In this document: positions 46,273 to 53,499 of the stretch, piece after piece
Layout: each line of letters opens with the position of its first letter
Numbering within the stretch: the first letter of the stretch is position 1
DNA from: Firmicutes bacterium UBA4981
GTDB lineage: Bacteria > Bacillota > SHA-98 > UBA4971
Assembly: GCA_002398515.1 (NCBI GenBank)
Contig: DGZL01000166.1
Location: 12,885-68,340 of the forward strand
Direction of reading: 5' to 3'
Length of the DNA: 55,456 bases
The notes under the pieces: generated by a model
Told to the model about the DNA's origin: nothing
What the model saw: only the letters and a program-made list of their open reading frames with translations
Databases searched by the model: none
Position numbers and translations under genes: made by a program

Positions 46273-46629
46273 ATGGATATGGCCAGAGTATCATCCAAGG
46301 GTCAGGTCACGATTCCGGTGGCGATTCGTAGGAAACTCGGGCTGAAGGAAGGCAATAAGGTTCTCTTGAGAGAGAAAGGCCAGGATGTAGTCTTAATGAA
46401 CTTGAACCGTATTGCTTTTTCTGAGTTCTAAAAGGAAATGGCAGGTGAAGCCGAAAGGGTTGGCATCACTGGCGAACATGTAATCAAACCCGGTAGTGCA
46501 AGGTCGCAATCTCTTCCTACGAGTCATGCGTTCTCCGGTGGTATAGCACTCTGTCCTATTATTCTCGTCCACCTAAGCCTCTTCAAGAGGCTGATTCCCT
46601 GCCACATGTTCATGATTACAGTTCATTAG
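46273..46629 (+). pseudogene. AbrB/MazE/SpoVT-type DNA-binding protein gene interrupted by an in-frame TAA
   Basis: MDMARVSSKGQVTIPVAIRRKLGLKEGNKVLLREKGQDVVLMNLNRIAFSEF-TAA(46429-31)-KEMAGEAERVGITGE... continues in the same frame as ORF 46438..46629. The N-terminal half is a clear SpoVT-AbrB swapped-hairpin motif. It is absent from the ORF track because it is under 60 aa. Confidence 0.6.
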
Positions 46630-46647
46630 AGGCGTCCGTAGCCCCTA

Positions 46648-46692
46648 TTGACAAAAGTTTCTTGACGAGGTATATTATACCCCGTAGGGTAT
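46648..46692 (+). promoter_or_regulatory. Sigma-A promoter with an overlapping CsoR-type operator
   Basis: TTGACA (46648-53)-17 nt-TATATT (46671-76), followed immediately by the palindrome ATACCC-cgta-GGGTAT (46677-92). Confidence 0.75.
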
Positions 46693-46833
46693 ATTAAGCA
46701 GCGAAGCATGACTCGTGACAATATCTGGAGACCCGCGAACTGTCTTTTGGGTTGCCTATTATGTTTTACCGTGCTGCATAGTGCATAATCCAGCAAAGCA
46801 GGGACATCGCCGCGAGGAGGTGTGTGAGCGAGA

Positions 46834-47190
46834 GTGAAGCAAAGCAAATTATCGACGAAACAGGGAGTCATTGAGCCTGATGCGCCGACATTGACTGACG
46901 ATGCCCAGGATACGCTAATACTAAGTGAAAGCGCAAAAAATGATATTGTGACAAGACTAAGGCGCATAGAAGGTCAGGCCAGGGGAGTCCAAAGAATGGT
47001 TGAAGAGGGACGGCCTTGCGAAGATATTATCATCCAGGTTGCTGCGCTAAAGGCAGCTGTTACTCAAGCAGGTGTCGCCATAGCAGGATCGCACCTAGTT
47101 GAGTGTGTTGCTCATAGTGTCGCCTCCGGGGAAGGGAATTGTCGCGATAAACTAGCAGGTTTCGCAAGACTTTTCAGCAAGCTTGCGTAA
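46834..47190 (+). CDS. csoR: CsoR/RcnR/FrmR-family metal- or thiol-sensing transcriptional repressor
   Basis: [29 protein letters not shown]...SHLVEC. The Cys, His(+25), Cys(+29) spacing equals the x-C-H-C Cu(I) ligand set of CsoR. GTG start 13 nt after GAGGAGG. Confidence 0.8.
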   Translation: MKQSKLSTKQGVIEPDAPTLTDDAQDTLILSESAKNDIVTRLRRIEGQARGVQRMVEEGRPCEDIIIQVAALKAAVTQAGVAIAGSHLVECVAHSVASGEGNCRDKLAGFARLFSKLA

Positions 47191-47260
47191 TTACATCTCA
47201 AAGATATATGAAAAGCTCAAATATGACAAACTCGTAAAGGGAAGAAAGGAAGGATTAGAT

Positions 47261-47587
47261 ATGGCAGGCGAAGTAATTGAGGTCAAGGACGCAACATTTA
47301 AGGACGAGGTTCTAAGCGCTACTGAACCTGTGCTTGTAGATTTCTGGGCCGAGTGGTGCGGACCGTGCCGGATGATGGCTCCGGTAGTAGAGCAGATGGC
47401 ACAGGCGTACTCAGGCAAAATGAAGGTAGCGAAGTTGAATGTGGATGAGAATCCTGAATCAGCTGCTGCGTATGGAGTAATGAGTATACCTACACTTATT
47501 CTCTTCAAAGGCGGAGAAGCTGTGGAGCGATTCGTAGGGTTCAGGCCTAAGCAAGAACTGGCAAGGCTTGTCGACGCCAAGTTATGA
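47261..47587 (+). CDS. trxA: Thioredoxin
   Basis: 108 aa counted from ATG 47261 (RBS AAGGAAGGA). Active site [24 protein letters not shown]. Confidence 0.92.
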   Translation: MAGEVIEVKDATFKDEVLSATEPVLVDFWAEWCGPCRMMAPVVEQMAQAYSGKMKVAKLNVDENPESAAAYGVMSIPTLILFKGGEAVERFVGFRPKQELARLVDAKL

Positions 47588-47819
47588 GAGGGTAATTGCG
47601 CGGGAATCCAGTTGTCAACCAGCATATGCCGTGCCCCCTGGGAGCGGGTGCACGTAGAGATTGTGGTTCCCAAGGATCGATATTCCTTGGGGTGCTTGCA
47701 AAGGTGGTTCTTAGAGATCGACATTTCTTCCTCCTCGATAGTGAACTGAGCTGCTTGTAGCGACTTATCTCGGGATTGGTTGACTCAACGGGTTAGTTGA
47801 CACATAAGATAAGTTCAAG

Positions 47820-47864
47820 GCGCCGCATCCAGCGTGTTTACAAGCTGAGTACCGGCGCTTTTTT
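47820..47864 (+). terminator. Candidate intrinsic terminator (branched GC stem plus T6), about 230 nt downstream of trxA
   Basis: GCGCCG...CAGC-gtgtttacaa-GCTG...CGGCGC followed by TTTTTT. Confidence 0.45.
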
Positions 47865-48014
47865 GATGGCCATATGCCTTTGAATTCTGCTCTGAAGCCG
47901 TTATATGGGGTGATTGCGTTATTGATGTCCGACCGGAGAGAATGAAGACGCGAGTCGGGGAGGAAAGATGATTCCCCTGGCGAAATAAGGCGTAGACACC
48001 ATGTAGGAGGTAAG

Positions 48015-48926
48015 ATGGATCCTATGAAAACCAGAATTGTGGAGTGTGTTCCTAATTTCAGCGAAGGACGAAGACCTGAGGTGGTACAGGAGATTGTCGA
48101 TGCAGTAAGGAGTGTTCCCGGAGTAAGACTTCTGGACCGATCTTCTGACGTAGACCATAATCGGTCCGTCCTGACCTTTGTGGGTGAACCAATGGCGGTA
48201 AAGGATGCAGCATTTAGGGCCATAGCTCGTGCTGCTGAACTTATCGATATGGAGAAGCACCAGGGAGAGCACCCACGTATCGGCTCTACAGATGTAGTTC
48301 CTTTTGTGCCTGTAAGGGGAGTCACAATAGGTGATTGTGTAGATCTGGCACGGGCGTTAGGCAAAGAAGTCGCAGAAAGACTCCACATTCCTGTATACCT
48401 TTATGAAGAAGCGGCTACCTCGGAAGACCGCCGAAATCTCGCTAATATCCGGAGAGGAGAATACGAAGGCCTCAAGAAAGAGATTAGTCTTCCGGAACGA
48501 CATCCTGACTTCGGCGAGCCTGTTATGCATCCTACTGCAGGCGCTATAGTCATAGGAGCCCGCAATTACCTGGTTGCTTACAACATCAATCTCAATACGC
48601 CAGATGTGGCTATTGCAAAGAAGATAGCTCGGCGAGTCAGAGCAAGCAGCGGCGGCTTGATGTATGTGAAAGCTCTCGGCATTATGCTGGAGGACAGGAA
48701 TTTGGCTCAGGTCTCCATGAACCTTACGAATTTCCGGAAGACTCCTATACATGTGGTTTTTAACTTAGTAAAGACAGAGGCTGAGCGTTACGGGGTATCT
48801 ATCGTCGGTAGTGAGGTGATAGGTCTTATACCTATGGATGCTCTCTTGGACGCTGCCCAACATTACCTTCGTCTCGAGGATTTCTCCGGAGAACGGGTGT
48901 TAGAGGCCAAAATATGGGGTGAATAG
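48015..48926 (+). CDS. Glutamate formimidoyltransferase (stand-alone FtcD N-terminal-type enzyme)
   Basis: IVECVPNFSEGRRPEVVQEIVDAV and HPRIGSTDVVPFVP motifs. RBS GTAGGAGGTAAG. Confidence 0.88.
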   Translation: MDPMKTRIVECVPNFSEGRRPEVVQEIVDAVRSVPGVRLLDRSSDVDHNRSVLTFVGEPMAVKDAAFRAIARAAELIDMEKHQGEHPRIGSTDVVPFVPVRGVTIGDCVDLARALGKEVAERLHIPVYLYEEAATSEDRRNLANIRRGEYEGLKKEISLPERHPDFGEPVMHPTAGAIVIGARNYLVAYNINLNTPDVAIAKKIARRVRASSGGLMYVKALGIMLEDRNLAQVSMNLTNFRKTPIHVVFNLVKTEAERYGVSIVGSEVIGLIPMDALLDAAQHYLRLEDFSGERVLEAKIWGE

Positions 48927-48980
48927 AGCCCAATTGAAATATGATGATTGCTCTCCCGGCAATGGAGGTTGATGATATTG

Positions 48981-50297
48981 ATGAACAGAGAGGGTTCGGG
49001 CATTCGTGCCGATCTGCTGGTCGAAAACGCGTCCGAACTTGTTACTCTTGCGGCTGACATACCCGCGAACAATGTCGCCGGGCCGCGCGTCGGCTCTTCC
49101 ATGAGGGACTTAGCGATAATCTCGGGCGGGAGCGTAGCTGCTTTCAACGGATACATCGTAGCTATGGGAAAAACCCATGAGGTCAGGGAAAGAGTTCAGC
49201 TAACGCCAAACGCAGAAGTAATAGACGCTACAGGCATGGTGGTCTTACCGGGATTCGTGGATTCTCACACCCATCTGGTTTTTGCGGGATCCAGAGAACA
49301 AGAGTTCATTCAAAGGGCTGAAGGCAAGACCTATCTTGAGATATTAGGAGGCGGCGGTGGAATCCTCTCTACAGTCAGAGCCACACGCGAGGCCTCTGAA
49401 TCCCATCTTCTGGCCTTGGGCCTTAAGAATCTGGACATTATGATGTGTCACGGAACGACTACTGTGGAGATTAAAAGCGGTTATGGGCTGTCTGTTGACG
49501 ACGAACTCAAAATTCTTCGCGTGATAAGAGATCTGGACAAGGTTCACCCGGTTGATGTGGTCAGCACGTTCATGGGCGCGCATGCCGTACCGACCGAATA
49601 TGCGGGAGATACGGAAGGATATGTAGAGCATGTAATAGATTCCATGCTTCCCGCAGTCAAAGAGGAGAGCCTGGCAGAGTTTTGCGATGTATTTTGCGAA
49701 AAAGGAGTTTTTTCGGTCGGGCAATCAAGACGGATATTAGAGGCAGGACTTGCTTTGGGCCTTCTCCCGAGAATTCACGCAGATGAAATGGCATCCTTGG
49801 GCGGAGCTGAATTGGCAGCGGAAATCGGAGCTGTCTCTGCAGAGCATTTGCTGTACGCTTCAGAAGAAGGCATGCGCAAAATGGCTGAAGCCGGGGTAAT
49901 AGCGACGCTTCTTCCGGCGACTTCGTTCACTCTCGGGCTGAGGCGGTACGCTGATGCCAGGGCTTTTATTTTGGCTGGGTGTCCTGTAGCTCTGGCTACC
50001 GATTTTAACCCGGGTACCAGTCCTACGTTATCTATGCAGTTTGTCATGAATGCAGCTGCCCTCGGTATGAAGCTCCACCCGGCAGAGATTATATGCGCGA
50101 GCACTATCAATGCTGCGTATGGATTGATGCGCGGAAATCTTGTAGGTAGTCTCGAGGTAGGGAAACTTGCGGATATGGTTGTTGTGGACACTGACACATA
50201 CCTAAAAATTCCGTATCAACTAGGCGTTAATATTGTGGACAAAGTAATCAAAAGAGGAAGGCTTGTTGTGAGCGAAGGGAGGCGAATCTCATCGTGA
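48981..50297 (+). CDS. hutI: Imidazolonepropionase
   Basis: PGFVDSHTHLVFAGSR, EIKSGYGL, RIHADE and ATDFNPGTSP amidohydrolase/HutI motifs. Start ATG 48972-48981 after GGAGG. The ORF-track TTG 48948 is upstream of the RBS. Confidence 0.9.
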   Translation: MNREGSGIRADLLVENASELVTLAADIPANNVAGPRVGSSMRDLAIISGGSVAAFNGYIVAMGKTHEVRERVQLTPNAEVIDATGMVVLPGFVDSHTHLVFAGSREQEFIQRAEGKTYLEILGGGGGILSTVRATREASESHLLALGLKNLDIMMCHGTTTVEIKSGYGLSVDDELKILRVIRDLDKVHPVDVVSTFMGAHAVPTEYAGDTEGYVEHVIDSMLPAVKEESLAEFCDVFCEKGVFSVGQSRRILEAGLALGLLPRIHADEMASLGGAELAAEIGAVSAEHLLYASEEGMRKMAEAGVIATLLPATSFTLGLRRYADARAFILAGCPVALATDFNPGTSPTLSMQFVMNAAALGMKLHPAEIICASTINAAYGLMRGNLVGSLEVGKLADMVVVDTDTYLKIPYQLGVNIVDKVIKRGRLVVSEGRRISS

Positions 50298-50971
50298 CCT
50301 TTAAAGAACGGACTGTCTCTGAGTTTATCCAAGCTGTTGCCGAAGGGTCCCCCACCCCCGGCGGAGGAACTGTCTCCGCTTTGATAGCAGGCCTTTCATC
50401 TGCTTTGGTGGGTATGGTAGGCTCTTTATCTGCTGCTCGATTACAGGCTAAGACGGCAGGAAAACGCGATGGAAAGAACAGTGACACTCAGTGCGAAAAT
50501 CGAGATCCCAAACACCTTATGCTCGATATGGTAAGCACTGCTAATCATCTCCAGATGCGTTTTTTGGCTCTTGCTGACGAGGATTCTACAGCTTATAACA
50601 GGGTAATTACTGCCTATAGATTACCTAAGAGCACTGAAGAGGAGAAGCAAGCCAGGTCTCTTGCTATCCAGGATGCGCTCAAGGAGGCGTGTCTTGTTCC
50701 GGCTCAAGTCGTCAAGTTTTCACTGGAAGTATTGCGTCTCACAGAGATCATGGTTGAACACGGGATGAAGAGCGCTATGTCAGACGTTGCAGTTGCCTGT
50801 CTTGCTGCCTGGGCCGGGATGAGAGGCGCGCATTTCAATGTAAGGATTAACTTGCCTTCCATTAAGGATGAGTCGTTCGTCAATCAGGTAGAGGGCGATA
50901 TGGCAATTTGCATGTCATCAGGCAGTGACATTTTTGAAGGGGTTATGGCGCAAATCGAACAGGCGCTGTAG
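50294..50971 (+). CDS. Formiminotetrahydrofolate cyclodeaminase (FTCD C-terminal-type)
   Basis: FIQAVAEGSPTPGGGTVSALIAGLSSALVGMV and AYNRVITAYRLPKSTEEEK. GTGA overlap with hutI. Confidence 0.85.
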   Translation: MTFKERTVSEFIQAVAEGSPTPGGGTVSALIAGLSSALVGMVGSLSAARLQAKTAGKRDGKNSDTQCENRDPKHLMLDMVSTANHLQMRFLALADEDSTAYNRVITAYRLPKSTEEEKQARSLAIQDALKEACLVPAQVVKFSLEVLRLTEIMVEHGMKSAMSDVAVACLAAWAGMRGAHFNVRINLPSIKDESFVNQVEGDMAICMSSGSDIFEGVMAQIEQAL

Positions 50972-51144
50972 GTTCGCGCGCGTTACATAACGTGTGTTAT
51001 GCTGTAATAAGCCGAGTAGGCGCGTGAGACTTGTAGGCGTAGAACGTATTATACTGCAAGCGGCATAGTCGTTCGAGATTCGTGGGTGTAACATGCGTTA
51101 TGCTGCATGTGGAATGTATCGCGCCAGGGGAGGAGTGATATGAC

Positions 51145-51666
51145 ATGTCGAAAAAAGCGCTTATGGTAATAGATATGCTACGAGATTTTATTGAGCCTGA
51201 CGGTAGACTTTATATCGGCACTACCGCAAAGAATGTAGTTGAAGCTGTCGGGCGGGAAATTGAGAAGGCCAGGTCTTGTCAATGGCCGATAATCTACGTA
51301 TGTGATACGCATAGCGAGGACGATTCGGAGTTTAGGATGTTCCCTTCTCATTGTGTTATGGGGACTCCCGGCGCGGACGTAGTTGATGAGCTGAAGCCTC
51401 ATCCGGGAGACAAGATTATTCCCAAACGCAGATACAGTGCCTTCTTCCAGACAGACTTGGATCTCACCTTGAGAGAACTTGATATAGATGAAATCGTGCT
51501 GGTAGGTGTTTGCACCAATATCTGTAACTTGTACACAGCAGCAGACGCCAGGATGCTGAATTACAAGGTTACAGCGCTTAGAGATTGCATGTCATCATTC
51601 GACGAAGCAGCACACGAGTTCGCTCTCAAAGAAATGGAGCAGACTCTGGGTGTAACCGTCGTATAA
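51145..51666 (+). CDS. Isochorismatase-family cysteine hydrolase (nicotinamidase-like)
   Basis: ALMVIDMLRDF (catalytic Asp), KRRYSAFFQTDLD (Lys), VGVCTNICNLYTAADA (nucleophile Cys). Confidence 0.85.
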   Translation: MSKKALMVIDMLRDFIEPDGRLYIGTTAKNVVEAVGREIEKARSCQWPIIYVCDTHSEDDSEFRMFPSHCVMGTPGADVVDELKPHPGDKIIPKRRYSAFFQTDLDLTLRELDIDEIVLVGVCTNICNLYTAADARMLNYKVTALRDCMSSFDEAAHEFALKEMEQTLGVTVV

Positions 51667-51878
51667 TACCTTTGGCGTGCCTAACGTAAGCCCGTGGCAT
51701 GAAAACAAACGCAACTATATAGAGCCATATTCATGGGCTGCAGTCTGTTTGTTGACGGTCTGACCCCGCGCGGGCCTGCGTACCAAGAGCAAATCAGCAG
51801 ACAGACGGGGAAACAATCAGACCCATGTAATTGACTAAGGCTACATTTAACTAATGCTATCAACGAAGTTGCCAAGGA

Positions 51879-53141
51879 GTGATAACCCTGAAAGAAAGCA
51901 GTGGATTGCAGCAGAATAGACATCATAATGCCCGCGCTCTGATAATTGAATCTAAACGCGACATAGCTTCTGAAATGGAGAGAATCGGTGTCTCCCCTGA
52001 AGGCATAAGGATCATGGCGAAAAAGGGTGTCTTTCGGGTAGTATTGCTTGAGCAAGTATCCTTGAAACAGGCAACAATCATTAAGCAGGAAATGTTGTCA
52101 AAAGGGGGAGACGCTGCTGTAAACGCCAGAGTAGCTTCTCTTACCGGGGATTTCACAGATATCCTGCTCATGGGCACAATCAGTCAGCTTCGCAGGGCCT
52201 CAGAGGGACTCATGCGCCAACCTTTTGGCTTGCGTCAAATCGCAGAAGAGATCCTGGAGGCGATCAATGCCCAGGAACCCTCCACAGGCAGGATCCTTCA
52301 ACTCGGAAGGCATGCTTTGACATTAGGCAACAAGACCTATATCATGGGCATTCTCAATACGACTCCTGACTCGTTCTCTGACGGAGGCACACACATGACT
52401 GTAGACGCAGCAGTAGAACATGCGTGGCGTCTTGTGGAAGAGGGAGCGGACATTATTGATATCGGCGGCGAGTCCACAAGGCCGGGTTCCGCTCCTACGC
52501 CTTTAGCAGAAGAAATCCGTAGGGTGGTCCCTGTTATCGAGGAGCTCGGGAAGGATTTTCCGGCGCCTATTTCAGTGGATACGTATAAGAGTGAAGTAGC
52601 TGAAGCAGCTCTCGCCGCAGGCGCCCACATGATTAACGATATTTCAGGTCTGGCTACAGACCCTCGTCTTGGGGAGGTTGTGGCTGAGGCCAAAGTCCCA
52701 ATCGTGCTCATGCACATGAAAGGCCGGCCAAAAGATATGCAGGAGAATCCTGAATATGAATCAGTCGTATCTGAGGTGGCGGGATTTCTCCGCGCTTCTG
52801 TTGCCCGGGCTAAGGAATATGGAATACTCTCTGAGAATGTGCTCATTGATCCGGGAATCGGGTTCGGCAAGACTTGCGCCCATAACCTTGAACTGCTGAG
52901 GCGCCTGAAGGAACTGAGGAGTCTTGGTTATCCAATACTCATAGGCACATCCCGTAAGTCGTTCATAGGAAGGACGCTGGGACTTCCGGTGGAAGACAGA
53001 GTCGAAGGCACGTCTGCCACTGTTGCCCTTGCGATAGCGTCCGGTGTCGATATTGTCCGTGTTCACGATGTTAAGTACATGGCCAGAGTGGCTCGGATGT
53101 CTGATGCTATCGTGAGGGGAGGGAATGTCTGTGAAGGGTGA
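51879..53141 (+). CDS. folP: Dihydropteroate synthase with an N-terminal extension of about 130 aa
   Basis: The core starts at YIMGILNTTPDSFSDGG. DIIDIGGESTRPG, SVDTYK, INDISG, IDPGIGFGKT. The start is uncertain: GTG 51879 overlaps its own AAGGAG. Confidence 0.88.
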   Translation: MITLKESSGLQQNRHHNARALIIESKRDIASEMERIGVSPEGIRIMAKKGVFRVVLLEQVSLKQATIIKQEMLSKGGDAAVNARVASLTGDFTDILLMGTISQLRRASEGLMRQPFGLRQIAEEILEAINAQEPSTGRILQLGRHALTLGNKTYIMGILNTTPDSFSDGGTHMTVDAAVEHAWRLVEEGADIIDIGGESTRPGSAPTPLAEEIRRVVPVIEELGKDFPAPISVDTYKSEVAEAALAAGAHMINDISGLATDPRLGEVVAEAKVPIVLMHMKGRPKDMQENPEYESVVSEVAGFLRASVARAKEYGILSENVLIDPGIGFGKTCAHNLELLRRLKELRSLGYPILIGTSRKSFIGRTLGLPVEDRVEGTSATVALAIASGVDIVRVHDVKYMARVARMSDAIVRGGNVCEG

Positions 53142-53499
53142 TAGGATAACCCTAAGTAACATGGTGTTCTATGGGTATCATGGGGTGTTCGAAGGCGAAA
53201 AGGAGCTTGGGCAGAGATTCGAAGTGGATGTCGAATTGCACATGAGCTTCTCGGGTCCGGGACAAACCGACGATTTGGAGCAGAGCGTCAATTACGTTGA
53301 CGTGTACACAATTGTGCAGGATATTGTCCAGGAGAGGACTTACAACTTGATTGAAGCTGTAGCTGAAAACATTGCAGGGGAGATCTTGTCAGCATACTCA
53401 GTGGATTATGTGGTTGTAAGAGTGAGAAAGCCCAGTGTCCCAATGGGTGGCGTGATAGACCATGTTGAGGTGGAAATCACCAGGCACAGCCGGGGGTGA
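53125..53499 (+). CDS. folB: Dihydroneopterin aldolase
   Basis: FYGYHGVFEGEKELGQRFEVDVEL and NYVDVY...LIEAVAENIA. Confidence 0.9.
   Translation: MSVKGDRITLSNMVFYGYHGVFEGEKELGQRFEVDVELHMSFSGPGQTDDLEQSVNYVDVYTIVQDIVQERTYNLIEAVAENIAGEILSAYSVDYVVVRVRKPSVPMGGVIDHVEVEITRHSRG

Noticed and set aside
46100-46345. 81-aa + strand ORF at the right edge of the island
   Set aside because: It has no RBS or motifs. An alternative frame starting at 46273 encodes a clear AbrB/SpoVT-type domain, so that frame is preferred.
47191-47724. 177-aa - strand ORF as a real protein-coding gene
   Set aside because: About 75% of it is exactly antisense to a canonical thioredoxin gene, and no domain is recognisable. Only its SD-ATG and first ~45 codons are kept as an open question in the findings.
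47838-47860. T-box-like sequence (AGCTGAGTACCGGCGC compared with GGGTGGTACCGCG) next to the terminator-like hairpin
   Set aside because: It needs two insertions to align. No specifier-loop or stem I features are seen, and the downstream genes are not aminoacyl-tRNA related.
47765-48388. 207-aa and 117-aa - strand ORFs overlapping the start of the formimidoyltransferase gene
   Set aside because: They are antisense shadows of a well-supported + strand gene, with no RBS and no motifs.
50972-51144. Repeated GTTATGCTG 9-mers and small palindromes (CATAAC-gtgt-GTTATG, CATGC...GCATG) upstream of the cysteine hydrolase gene, as a regulator operator
   Set aside because: They are too short and degenerate to separate from chance, and I could recall no matching consensus (NiaR, NrtR and others) with confidence.
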